A stretch of 64,000 nucleotides of DNA from Verrucomicrobiota bacterium. GTDB lineage: Bacteria > Verrucomicrobiota > Verrucomicrobiia > Limisphaerales > AAA164-E04. The notes beneath the pieces were generated by a model. It worked only from the letters and a program-made list of their open reading frames with translations. It was not told the origin of the DNA and searched no databases. The translations under genes and the position numbers were made by a program. Below are positions 9,158 through 18,686 of this stretch, piece after piece. The stretch is taken from contig CP170459.1 of assembly GCA_047947115.1 (NCBI GenBank), positions 2,752,001 through 2,816,000 on the forward strand, in the 5' to 3' direction. Every line of letters begins with the position of its first letter. Within the stretch, counting starts at the first letter, position 1.

Positions 9158-10978
9158 ATGGCAGCAACCAAACATAATTACGACGAAAGCAAGATCAAGA
9201 CGCTGTCTTCTCTGGAGCACATCCGGTTGCGCACCGGCATGTATATCGGCCGCATCGGTGACGGCAGTCATTACGATGACGGCGCCTACATTTTGCTCAA
9301 AGAGGTCATCGACAATGCCATCGACGAATATATCATGGGCTTCGGCAAGGAAGTCCACATTGACATTCAGGACAAGAAGGTCAGTGTCCGCGACTTTGGG
9401 CGTGGGATTCCGTTGGGCAAGATCGTTGACTGCGTCTCCACCATCAACACAGGAGCCAAATACAACGACGAAGTCTTCCAGTTCAGCGTTGGCTTGAATG
9501 GTGTGGGAACCAAAGCTGTCAATGCCCTTTCGCAATCCTTTCTCGTCAAATCACATCGAGATGGCAAATATGCCGAAGCTTCCTTTTCCAGAGGGGGTCT
9601 GATTGACCAGAAAAAAGGGCAATGCAAGGATGAACCGAACGGCACGTTTGTTGAATTCGTTCCGGATGCGACAATTTTCAAAAAACTCCAGCTTCGTCCC
9701 GAACTGATCGAACGGCGTCTCAAGCATTACAGTTACCTGAACTCAGGGCTGAAGCTGATCTGCAACGGTGAAACATTTTATTCGCGGCACGGGCTGTTGG
9801 ATCTGATCAGGGAAGATGTGGATGACGAAGCCATTTATCCTCCACTTTATTATAGTTCCAAAACCCTTGAGTTTTGCTTTACCCACAGTACCGGTCGTTC
9901 CGGGGAGACTTTCTTTTCCTTTGTCAACGGTCAGTACACCTCCGACGGTGGCACCCACTTGAGCGCCTTTCGTGAAGGATTGTTGAAGGCGGTCAATGAA
10001 TACGCCAAAGGCAAGTATGACGGAGATGATGTGCGAGAGTGCATGGTGGGCGCGGTGGCGATCCGGCTGCAGGATCCGATGTTCGAATCCCAGACCAAGA
10101 ACAAGTTGGGAAACACCGAAATCAGGTCCGAATTGGTGGCACAAGTGCGTGAGCAGGTGCTGCACCTTTTGCACAAAGAAAAGGACACGGCCGACAAGTT
10201 GATGGCCAAGGTGGAGGACACCCGCAAGTTGCGCAAGGAGTTGATGGCAGTCAAAAAACTGGCCCGTGAACGCGCCAAAGCGGTGAGCCTTCGCATTCCC
10301 CAGCTCAAGGATTGCAAGAAACATCTCAACAAGAAAAAGGAAAAAGGCTACGACACCATGCTGTTCATCACCGAGGGTGTCTCCGCTGCCGGTTCGATCG
10401 TGAGCTGTCGAGATGTCAATTCGCAGGCGATCTTCACCCTGAAAGGCAAGCCGCTCAATGTCTGGGATCTCAAACGCGACGTCGTTTACAAGAACGATGA
10501 GATGTACAACCTGATGTGTTGTCTGGGGATTGAGAATTCGTTGGATGAATTGCGTTACGACAAAGTGATTCTGGCCACGGATGCGGATGTGGACGGATTG
10601 CACATCCGCAACCTGATGATCACTTACTTCTTCAAGTTCTTCGAGCAACTCATTTACGAAGGCCATTTGTATGTCTTGGAAACGCCCTTGTTCCGGGTTC
10701 GAAACAAGAAGAAGACCATTTATTGCTATTCGGAATCCGAGCGGGACAAAGCGGTGAAGGAACTGTCGCGAGGCGTGGAGATCACCCGATTCAAAGGTCT
10801 AGGGGAAATTTCTCCGCATGAGTTCAAACACTTCATCGGCGATGACATGCGATTGAACCAGGTGGAGTATGCCTCACACAGCGATGCCAGTCACATTCTT
10901 TCCTTTTATATGGGGCGCAACACGCCGCAACGCCGGGATTACATCATGGATAACCTTGTGGTTCCTGTTGAGGATTAA
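9158..10978 (+). CDS. parE: DNA topoisomerase IV subunit B (type IIA topoisomerase B subunit)
   Basis: EHIRLRTGMYIG, EVIDNAIDE, GLNGVGTKAVNALS (GHKL); TOPRIM FITEG, TDADVDG, RFKGLGE; short 606-aa form paired with a parC-type gene. Confidence 0.85.
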   Translation: MAATKHNYDESKIKTLSSLEHIRLRTGMYIGRIGDGSHYDDGAYILLKEVIDNAIDEYIMGFGKEVHIDIQDKKVSVRDFGRGIPLGKIVDCVSTINTGAKYNDEVFQFSVGLNGVGTKAVNALSQSFLVKSHRDGKYAEASFSRGGLIDQKKGQCKDEPNGTFVEFVPDATIFKKLQLRPELIERRLKHYSYLNSGLKLICNGETFYSRHGLLDLIREDVDDEAIYPPLYYSSKTLEFCFTHSTGRSGETFFSFVNGQYTSDGGTHLSAFREGLLKAVNEYAKGKYDGDDVRECMVGAVAIRLQDPMFESQTKNKLGNTEIRSELVAQVREQVLHLLHKEKDTADKLMAKVEDTRKLRKELMAVKKLARERAKAVSLRIPQLKDCKKHLNKKKEKGYDTMLFITEGVSAAGSIVSCRDVNSQAIFTLKGKPLNVWDLKRDVVYKNDEMYNLMCCLGIENSLDELRYDKVILATDADVDGLHIRNLMITYFFKFFEQLIYEGHLYVLETPLFRVRNKKKTIYCYSESERDKAVKELSRGVEITRFKGLGEISPHEFKHFIGDDMRLNQVEYASHSDASHILSFYMGRNTPQRRDYIMDNLVVPVED

Positions 10979-11002
10979 AAGCATTTAAAATTTTCAGAGA
11001 CC

Positions 11003-13129
11003 ATGCCCAGGAAGAAGAAAAGCAAAGGCTCGGATGACCAGGAACTTCCCATCGACGCCAACTATGATTTCGGCGAAGAGGAAGAAACAACGGAAGCCAC
11101 CGAAGAACCACAGGAAACCGCCGAAGTGGCCGAAGATGATGCGACCAGTCAAGACGCCGCACCTGAAGACGAAGCCGAGGTGAAGAAGGAGCGGAGCCGC
11201 CTCCACAAGCGGATGGATACGAATTTCCTTGAGTATGCCTCCTACGTGATCCGTGACCGCGCCATCCCTAATCTGGTGGACGGACTCAAGCCCGTGCAAC
11301 GCCGCATCATGTGGTCCTTGCATCAGAATGATGACGGCAAGTTCATCAAAGTAGCCAACATCGTTGGTCACTGTATGCAGTATCATCCGCATGGCGATGC
11401 GTCGATTGGTGATGCGTTGGTGGTGTTGACCAACAAGCAGTATTTGATCGAGGGGCAGGGGAATTTCGGAAATGTGTTCACTGGAGATCCCGCCGCGGCA
11501 TCCCGATATATCGAGTGTCGGTTGACGGAACTCGCTCGGACACAGCTTTTCAATGATGAATTGACCGAGTTTGTTCCCAGTTACGACGGTCGAAACAAGG
11601 AGCCGGTCTGTTTGCCAAGCAAGTTGCCTTTGTTATTGATGTTGGGTGCTGAAGGAATTGCAGTGGGATTGTCCGCCAAAATTTTATCCCACAACTTTTG
11701 CGAATTGCTTGAAGCGCAGATAGCAATTTTACGCAAGCAGTCCTTTGAGGTGCTGCCGGACTTTATCGCCGGTGGTCTGATGGATGCCTCCAATTATGAT
11801 GACGGCCGAGGAAGCATCCGTATCCGGGCCAAGATCGAGGTGAAGGATCAGTCCACCTTGCACATCACCGAGATCCCTCCTGCGACCACGACAGAATCCT
11901 TGATGGCCTCCATCGAAGATGCCGCGCGCAAGGGCAAGCTGAAGGTACGGAGCATCAATGATTTCACCTCTGAACGAATCGAAATCGAAATCAAATCCCC
12001 CCCGGGAGTGCCTGCTGAAAAGCTGGTCCCGGCCCTTTATGCGTTCACCGGATGTGAGACCAGTATTTCCAGCCGCCTGATCGTGATCCGGGATAATCGC
12101 CCGGTGGAAATGTCCGTGAGTGAGGTGCTGAAGGCGAACACCGAGCAATTGGTTGCCTTGCTTCAGCGTGAACTGGAGTTGAAAGAAAACAAGTTGCTGG
12201 AAGACCTCTTCTTCAAGACGCTGGTTCGCATCTTTATCGAGAACCGAATTTACAAGAAGATCGAAACTTGTAAGACGAATGAAGCGATCTACCAGGCGAT
12301 CTACAAAGGATTTGAACCCTTCCGCGACGAGTATTATCGCGATCTGCAGGACAGTGACATTGAAATGTTGCTCGGTGTGCGCATTCGCCGTATTTCGCTT
12401 TTCGACATCAACCGGCATAAGGAGGATATCGAAAAGGTCCAGGCCGAACTGGATCAGACCCGCAAGTATTTGAAATCGATCGTTCGATACACAATTTCCC
12501 ACATCAATGGCTTGTTGAAGCAATACGGCGATCTTTATCCCCGCCGGACGAAGATTGCGGAATTTGAAGCTGTCACAGCCAAGGAAGCGGCCTTTAAGTC
12601 GCTGAAGTTTTCTTACGACCGGGACAAAGGGTATTTGGGGCATAAAATCTCCGGAGAGGAGTTCCAAATGGCTTGTTCGAAATACGACAAGGTGTTGATT
12701 GTGTTCAAAGACGGTCTCTACAAAGTGATCGAAATTCCAGACAAACTCTTTGTGGATAAGGATGTTCTTTTCTGTGGAAAGCCGGATCGAGATCAGGTCG
12801 TCACGATGGCGTATCAACACAAGAAGGTGACTTATCTGAAGCGGTTTACCTTTGGAGGAACCATTTTGAACAAGGAATACCGCTTGGCGCCGGAGAAATC
12901 CAGGGTGTTGTTCTTCGAGGAGGGGACGCCGGATGAACTGTATATCAAATACAAACCGGCTCCTCGCCAGAAAGTGACTCAACAAATCGCCAAACCGGGT
13001 GAGCTGGCTGTGAAAGCTGCAAAGGCCAAGGGCAACCAGATATCGATCAAGGAGGTCCATTCTATTCGGACGAAACCCCCTCGCAACTGGGAACCCGATG
13101 CGGCCACGACCGAACTGAAGTTTTCCTGA
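11003..13129 (+). CDS. parC: DNA topoisomerase IV subunit A (type IIA topoisomerase A subunit)
   Basis: YVIRDRAIP..DGLKPVQRRI, YHPHGD, active-site AASRYIECRL; no GyrA-box seen; acidic N-terminal extension. Confidence 0.85.
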   Translation: MPRKKKSKGSDDQELPIDANYDFGEEEETTEATEEPQETAEVAEDDATSQDAAPEDEAEVKKERSRLHKRMDTNFLEYASYVIRDRAIPNLVDGLKPVQRRIMWSLHQNDDGKFIKVANIVGHCMQYHPHGDASIGDALVVLTNKQYLIEGQGNFGNVFTGDPAAASRYIECRLTELARTQLFNDELTEFVPSYDGRNKEPVCLPSKLPLLLMLGAEGIAVGLSAKILSHNFCELLEAQIAILRKQSFEVLPDFIAGGLMDASNYDDGRGSIRIRAKIEVKDQSTLHITEIPPATTTESLMASIEDAARKGKLKVRSINDFTSERIEIEIKSPPGVPAEKLVPALYAFTGCETSISSRLIVIRDNRPVEMSVSEVLKANTEQLVALLQRELELKENKLLEDLFFKTLVRIFIENRIYKKIETCKTNEAIYQAIYKGFEPFRDEYYRDLQDSDIEMLLGVRIRRISLFDINRHKEDIEKVQAELDQTRKYLKSIVRYTISHINGLLKQYGDLYPRRTKIAEFEAVTAKEAAFKSLKFSYDRDKGYLGHKISGEEFQMACSKYDKVLIVFKDGLYKVIEIPDKLFVDKDVLFCGKPDRDQVVTMAYQHKKVTYLKRFTFGGTILNKEYRLAPEKSRVLFFEEGTPDELYIKYKPAPRQKVTQQIAKPGELAVKAAKAKGNQISIKEVHSIRTKPPRNWEPDAATTELKFS

Positions 13130-13446
13130 AGCAACTTTGAACTTCCAGGATGTGGCGACTTGATTCTGGTTTGGATGCGTCAGAGAAACGCTTTGGTTAG
13201 CGGGGATCCAGGGATGCTTATCTGCCCAAAAGGCAACCGCACCAACCAGCGGGATCCGTTTTTTAGCGATTGTGCTTGTCTGGGAGTGGCGGGCTGTATT
13301 CAAAACGATGCTTCGCACCGCTCTCGACAGGCTCCACATTTGTACTCGAAACACGTTCCTTTATTTTTCACAATCCCCTCATGTTTTCCCCGTTGAACAT
13401 GAATCCAGCCCGGGTGTCGCGTTATTCAGCAAAGCGGCACGTTCAC

Positions 13447-14835
13447 ATGAGTATTCGCATTTTTTTGGCAGTAATCGCCAGCATTTTTGTTGGTAGCGCG
13501 ATCCAGATGAAAGGAGCCAGCAAGCCCAATATCGTCATGATCTTTGTGGATGATCTGGGCTATGGCGATCTGGGGGTCTATGGGAATCCAACCATTCGTA
13601 CCCCTCATCTGGATCGCATGGCGCAGGAGGGGATGCGGTTCACCGATTTTTATTCGGCTGCCTCGGTCTGTACTCCAAGTCGAGCGGGATTGCTGACCGG
13701 TCGTTATCCCGTTCGAAGTGGCATGTGCAGTGATCGGCGCCGGGTGCTGTTTCCGAATTCGAAAGGCGGTTTGCCGGCCTCGGAATGGACGATGGCCGAG
13801 GCTCTCAAGGGACAGGGTTATGCAACAGCTGCTGTGGGCAAGTGGCATTTGGGCCATTTGACACAGTTTCTACCGACCAGCCATGGATTCGATTCGTATT
13901 TCGGCATTCCTTATTCAAACGACATGGACCTGTTGCCTGGATCTCCCGGCGGAGCCGCCAGAAGTCTGGAGCCCGAGGTGGAATGGTGGAATGTTCCATT
14001 GATGCGAGATGAAAAGGTGGTTGAACGTCCTGCGGACCAGACCACCATCACACGTCGTTACACACAGGAGGCGGTGACATTCATCAAATCGAATCAGGAA
14101 AAACCATTTTTCCTCTACCTGGCGCATTCTTTGCCTCACGTTCCCTTGTTTCGCTCTCCGCAATTTGAAAACAAAAGTCTTCGGGGACTGTTCGGTGATG
14201 TCGTGGAAGAAGTGGACTGGAGTGTAGGGCAAGTGTTGAACACCCTGCGTGAAACGGGGCTTGATCAACATACACTGGTGTTCTTCACCAGTGACAACGG
14301 ACCATGGCTGACGCAGGGGCCCGCAGGAGGCACTGCTGGACTGTTGCATGAAGGAAAAGGCAGCACCTGGGAAGGGGGGATGCGCGAACCGGCCATTGCC
14401 TGGTGGCCCGGAAAAATTAAGGCAGGTGGGATCACCAGTGAATTGGCTTCCACACTCGACCTTTTTCCTACTTTCGCCCGGCTGTCCGGTATTCCTGAAT
14501 CGGAAATCACTCAAAAGGATGGCTATGATCTGGCTTCGGTGTTGTTTGAGAATGGGCGTTCAGCCAGGCCTCACTTTGCCTTTTATCGTGGCACCCGTAT
14601 CTTTGCCTTGCGTATGGGGGCGTATAAAGCTCATTACCTGACCAAGTCAGCCTATGGTAGAGATCCGGTGGTGGAACATGAAAATCCGTTGATTTTCAAT
14701 CTGTTGCATGATCCATCCGAGCGCTTTGATATTGCCGGACAACGGCCAGAATTGGTGAAGGCATTTGAAAACCTCAGGACCCATTATTTGAATGAAGTGG
14801 AAGTGGTTCCTTCTCAATTGGAAATAGTGGATTAA
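13447..14835 (+). CDS. Arylsulfatase (S1 family, Cys-type formylglycine); likely start is ATG 13447 rather than 13270
   Basis: Signal peptide followed by KPNIVMIFVDDLG, CTPSRAGLLTGR, GKWHLG, FTSDNG, WEGGMREP. Confidence 0.93.
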   Translation: MSIRIFLAVIASIFVGSAIQMKGASKPNIVMIFVDDLGYGDLGVYGNPTIRTPHLDRMAQEGMRFTDFYSAASVCTPSRAGLLTGRYPVRSGMCSDRRRVLFPNSKGGLPASEWTMAEALKGQGYATAAVGKWHLGHLTQFLPTSHGFDSYFGIPYSNDMDLLPGSPGGAARSLEPEVEWWNVPLMRDEKVVERPADQTTITRRYTQEAVTFIKSNQEKPFFLYLAHSLPHVPLFRSPQFENKSLRGLFGDVVEEVDWSVGQVLNTLRETGLDQHTLVFFTSDNGPWLTQGPAGGTAGLLHEGKGSTWEGGMREPAIAWWPGKIKAGGITSELASTLDLFPTFARLSGIPESEITQKDGYDLASVLFENGRSARPHFAFYRGTRIFALRMGAYKAHYLTKSAYGRDPVVEHENPLIFNLLHDPSERFDIAGQRPELVKAFENLRTHYLNEVEVVPSQLEIVD

Positions 14836-14858
14836 CCGAGTGAGGAGAGAGGGATTGG

Positions 14859-14948
14859 CTTGGTTCGGTGAAGCATGATGAGGGAAGTTCCGAACCGCCC
14901 CCTGAAATGAAAATGGGGCGGTTCGGAACCAATTGCAGTTGAACCAAG
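14859..14948. repeat. Nested inverted repeat (perfect 15-bp stem plus 8-bp outer stem) downstream of the sulfatase
   Basis: GTTCCGAACCGCCCC (14887-14901) / GGGGCGGTTCGGAAC (14915-14929); CTTGGTTC (14859-66) / GAACCAAG (14941-48). Confidence 0.7.
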
Positions 14949-15248
14949 AAACAACCACAAAAGGTTTGGGAATCCGGACCCACAGCGCAGGGCGGAGCAA
15001 CCAAGCAAAACCGCCTCGACACCATGTTTCAATCTCAACCTGACCACTTCACCCACCCTCTTTAACATATGGGTGACCTGTTCAGGCTAAAAATTGAGAA
15101 GGTCCGAAAGAGTATCCTCCCTCAAGGATTCCCCCCTCATATTATAAATGCGTAAAAAAGGTCGGATCGGTGTCAGAAAAAATTAAAAAAAATTAATTTT
15201 CTCATTTTCACTCGTCATTCGAAGGCGGATCACTTAATTTTCAGACCT

Positions 15249-16395
15249 ATGTTTGAGCAGATTAAAGAAGAGTTAGTCGCTTTGAGAGAGAAACTTTCGC
15301 ATTTACGGAGGTTTCTTTGACGAGGATCGATTAAAAAAACGCCTTACTGAGCTTGAAGCTCAGATGAGTCGCGAAGATTTCTGGAATGACCGGGATGCGG
15401 CTCAAAAACTCATGGACGAAGCCAGCTCCATCCGGAGAAAGCTGGACCCTCTCAGGACAGGTGCCAGCAAACTGGATGATGTCGAGGTCATGCTGGAACT
15501 CGGAGAGGAGGAGCCGGAGGAGATTCAGGAGACCATCGAGACCGATCTGAAAAAGGATTTGCAGTTGTTTCGTAAAGACTTTGAAGCATTGGAGTTGAGT
15601 TCGTTTCTCAACGGTCCTCACGATGCCAACAACTGCATTCTCAGTATCAATGCGGGCGCAGGTGGAACCGAATCCTGTGATTGGGCGGACATGATGATGC
15701 GCATGTATCAGCGCTGGGCCGAGGAACGTGGTTGGAAAGTCGAGGTAACCGATTTGCTGGAAGGCGATTCGGCGGGAATCAAGAGTGTGGTGATGTTGGT
15801 TACCGGAGATAATGCCTACGGATTCTGCAAAGCTGAACGAGGCGTGCACCGGCTCGTGCGCATTTCTCCATTTGATTCCAACAAACGCAGGCACACCAGT
15901 TTTGCGAGTGTGGATGTGATTGCTGAAATCGCTGAAGCCGAACAGGAAGAACTTCCTCCCACTGAGTTTCGTGTTGATACGTTCCGTTCTGGCGGCAAGG
16001 GGGGGCAGAACGTTAACAAGGTGGAAACCGCGGTTCGAATCACTCATATCCCAACCGGTATTTCCGTTGCCAGCCAAGCCCAACGATCTCAGCACCAAAA
16101 CAGAGCCACTGCTATGAACTTGTTGTTGTCCAGGATTTTTGCTCTGAAACAGGATCAGCAGAAAAAGGATATGGAGCGATTTTACGGTGAAAAAGGCAGT
16201 GTTTCCTGGGGGAATCAGATTCGCAGTTATGTGTTTCAGCCCTACCGCATGGTCAAGGATTTACGAACTGGCATCGAAACCAGTGATGTCCAGGGGGTCA
16301 TGGACGGTGATTTGGACGATTTCGTCAATGGCTGGTTGCGCGCAGGGTGCCCCGTCAAGAAAATTGCCGGCGGCAGCGAGGAGGGGGATGCATGA
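15249..16395 (+). CDS. prfB: Peptide chain release factor 2 with programmed +1 frameshift
   Basis: ATG 15249 encodes MFEQIKEELVALREKLSHLRRFL up to CTT TGA C (15315-15321), preceded by an internal SD CGGAGG; the +1 frame continues DEDRLKK.. into the ORF with SPF and GGQ motifs. Confidence 0.97.
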
Positions 16396-17192
16396 CCATT
16401 CTTGATAAAATCGTAGAGACCAAGAAAAAGGAAGTCAGCCTTTTGCCTTCGGTTTGCGCCGCAGTCGGAGATGTTGCGGCCAAAGCTCAACAACGGGGCG
16501 TAAGAAACTTCTTAGAAGCCCTGCGCAAACCCCGGAGAGGCGATGTTGCACTGATAGCGGAGGTCAAGAAGGCGTCCCCGTCCAAAGGCGTGATTTGTCC
16601 CGATTTCGATCCGGTTCAAGTTGCCAGGGCCTATCAATCCGCGGGCGCGACCTGTTTGTCCGTGTTGACTGATACGGATTATTTTCAGGGTTCGCTGGAT
16701 TACTTGAAGCAGGTGAGGGAAGTGGTTGATTTGCCGCTGCTTCGAAAGGATTTTATGATCGACGCGCGTCAGATTGAAGAGGCGGTTGATTATGGCGCTG
16801 ACGCCATTTTGTTGATTGCCGCCATTCTGGAGGATGATCAACTGGCGTCTCTGCATCAATTTGCCGTGGACGCCGGATTGACTGCATTGGTTGAAGTGCA
16901 TGACGAAGAGGAACTGCGGCGTGTGATGGATGTTGGGGCCGTGCTGGTGGGGGTTAATAATCGGAATTTAAAGGACTTTTCAGTCGATTTGGACACAACA
17001 CATCGACTTGCTTCAATCTGGCAGCAGTCCGGACGGCCTGATGGCGCTCTGTTGGTTGCCGAAAGCGGGATCTACACTCGAGACGACGTCCGGACGGTTA
17101 CCAAAGGAGGGGCCGGTGCCATTTTGGTTGGAGAATCATTGATGCGCGAAACTTCCTTGATCAGTCAGAAAGTGGAAGAATTGTTGGGATAA
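16392..17192 (+). CDS. trpC: Indole-3-glycerol phosphate synthase
   Basis: MTILDKIV start overlaps the prfB stop (ATGA); IAEVKKASPSKG, LLRKDF, GVNNRNL, VAESGI, LVGESLM. Confidence 0.96.
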   Translation: MTILDKIVETKKKEVSLLPSVCAAVGDVAAKAQQRGVRNFLEALRKPRRGDVALIAEVKKASPSKGVICPDFDPVQVARAYQSAGATCLSVLTDTDYFQGSLDYLKQVREVVDLPLLRKDFMIDARQIEEAVDYGADAILLIAAILEDDQLASLHQFAVDAGLTALVEVHDEEELRRVMDVGAVLVGVNNRNLKDFSVDLDTTHRLASIWQQSGRPDGALLVAESGIYTRDDVRTVTKGGAGAILVGESLMRETSLISQKVEELLG

Positions 17193-17243
17193 AGTTTATT
17201 GAGTTACCTGGGATATATTCCTTAAGATGGTCAGGTCTACCTT

Positions 17244-18527
17244 ATGAAATTAGAAACACTATGTTTACATGGCGGGCATACGCCCGATATCGCATCCAAT
17301 GCTCGTGCCGTTCCTGTTTATCGGACCAGCTCCTTTGTTTTCAGGGATACCGAGCATGCTGCCAATCTATTCGCTCTGAAAGAGCTCGGGAACATTTACT
17401 CCCGAATCATGAATCCGACGCAGGATGTGTTGGAACAGCGGGTTGCGGCGCTGGATAATGGAGCAGCTGCTCTTGCGCTTTCATCCGGAACGAGTGCCAT
17501 TTTTTACACCATTATCAATCTTTGTCAGGCCGGGGATGAGATTGTATCGGCCAATAATCTGTATGGCGGCACCTTTACGCAGTTCAACGACATCCTGCCC
17601 CAGTTCAATATCAAGACCAACTTTGTTGATTCCAACGACCCGGAGAATTTCGCCAAGGCGATTACTCCTAAGACCAAGCTGCTTTTTTGTGAAACAGTGA
17701 GTAATCCCGGATTGGATGTTGCCGACATCGAGGCCATTGCCAAGATCGCCCACGATCATGGTCTGCCTCTGGTGGTGGATTCCACTTTTTCAACACCTTA
17801 CCTCGAACGTCCCATCGATCATGGTGCCGATATCGTGATTCATTCCCTGACCAAATGGCTGGGCGGACACGGAACGGGGATTGGCGGCATTGTTGTGGAT
17901 TCTGGTAAATTTGATTGGAAGTCGGACAAATTCCCCCTGATGAATGAGCCCGAGTCCAGCTATCATGGCGTCCGATGGGCGCATGATTTGGGAGATCTGA
18001 GCCCGATTGCTTTCATTCTTCGCATGCGGGTGGTTCCCTTGCGGAATCTGGGCGCCTGCATCACTCCCGATAATGCCTGGATGTTCCTGCAGGGAATCGA
18101 AACACTGCCCCTGAGAATGGACCGCCATTGTGATAACGCATTGGCTTTGGCGAAACACCTTCAATCCCATCCCGGTGTGGACTGGGTGCGTTATCCTTCA
18201 CTTGACGGTGATAAGAATAAGGCGCTGGCCGATAAATACCTGGGTGGCAAGGGTGGTTCCATGGTGGTGTTCGGAATCAAAGGTGGCGCAAAGGCTGGAA
18301 GCAAGTTCATCGAAAACCTGAAACTGTTTTCGCACCTTGCCAATGTGGGCGATGCCAAGAGTCTTGCCATCCATCCTGCCACGACAACCCATTCCCAGTT
18401 GTCTGCCGAAGCGCAGCAGGCCGGCGGGATTGCACCTGAATTGATCCGTTTGTCCGTCGGGTTGGAGCACATTGATGACATTATCGCCGATGTCGACCAA
18501 GCCATCGAGTCTTCCGTCGGGGCTTGA
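17244..18527 (+). CDS. metY: O-acetylhomoserine aminocarboxypropyltransferase (OAH/OAS sulfhydrylase)
   Basis: IYSRIMNPT, PLP-lysine motif HSLTKWLGGHG, ANVGDAKSLAIHPATTTH, IRLSVGLE. Confidence 0.93.
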   Translation: MKLETLCLHGGHTPDIASNARAVPVYRTSSFVFRDTEHAANLFALKELGNIYSRIMNPTQDVLEQRVAALDNGAAALALSSGTSAIFYTIINLCQAGDEIVSANNLYGGTFTQFNDILPQFNIKTNFVDSNDPENFAKAITPKTKLLFCETVSNPGLDVADIEAIAKIAHDHGLPLVVDSTFSTPYLERPIDHGADIVIHSLTKWLGGHGTGIGGIVVDSGKFDWKSDKFPLMNEPESSYHGVRWAHDLGDLSPIAFILRMRVVPLRNLGACITPDNAWMFLQGIETLPLRMDRHCDNALALAKHLQSHPGVDWVRYPSLDGDKNKALADKYLGGKGGSMVVFGIKGGAKAGSKFIENLKLFSHLANVGDAKSLAIHPATTTHSQLSAEAQQAGGIAPELIRLSVGLEHIDDIIADVDQAIESSVGA

Positions 18528-18553
18528 CGCGCGGCTCTTGTTTTTTAAGGCAG

Positions 18554-18595
18554 GGCACCCCTTGGCGATTGGTCCTCGGGGTGCCGTTGCTTTTG
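18554..18595 (+). terminator. Possible intrinsic terminator/hairpin between metY and metX
   Basis: GGCACCCC (18554-61) / GGGGTGCC (18578-85) followed by GTTGCTTTT; loop is long. Confidence 0.45.
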
Positions 18596-18686
18596 GTTCT
18601 TGAAATAGGTTGGACACTACCGACAGGCCCGAAAGGATGGCGCCTGACGGATACAACTAACAGCTTTGTCTTGCTCATTTTCCGGT

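Noticed and set aside
11729..13354. Long antisense ORFs (e.g. 11729-13354, 9743-10666, 7407-8369, 47706-48731, 40481-41308)
   Set aside because: They are shadows of well-supported genes on the opposite strand and lack protein motifs.
15060..15088. dif site (TTTAACATAT resembles a XerD arm)
   Set aside because: No credible XerC arm at 6-nt spacing.
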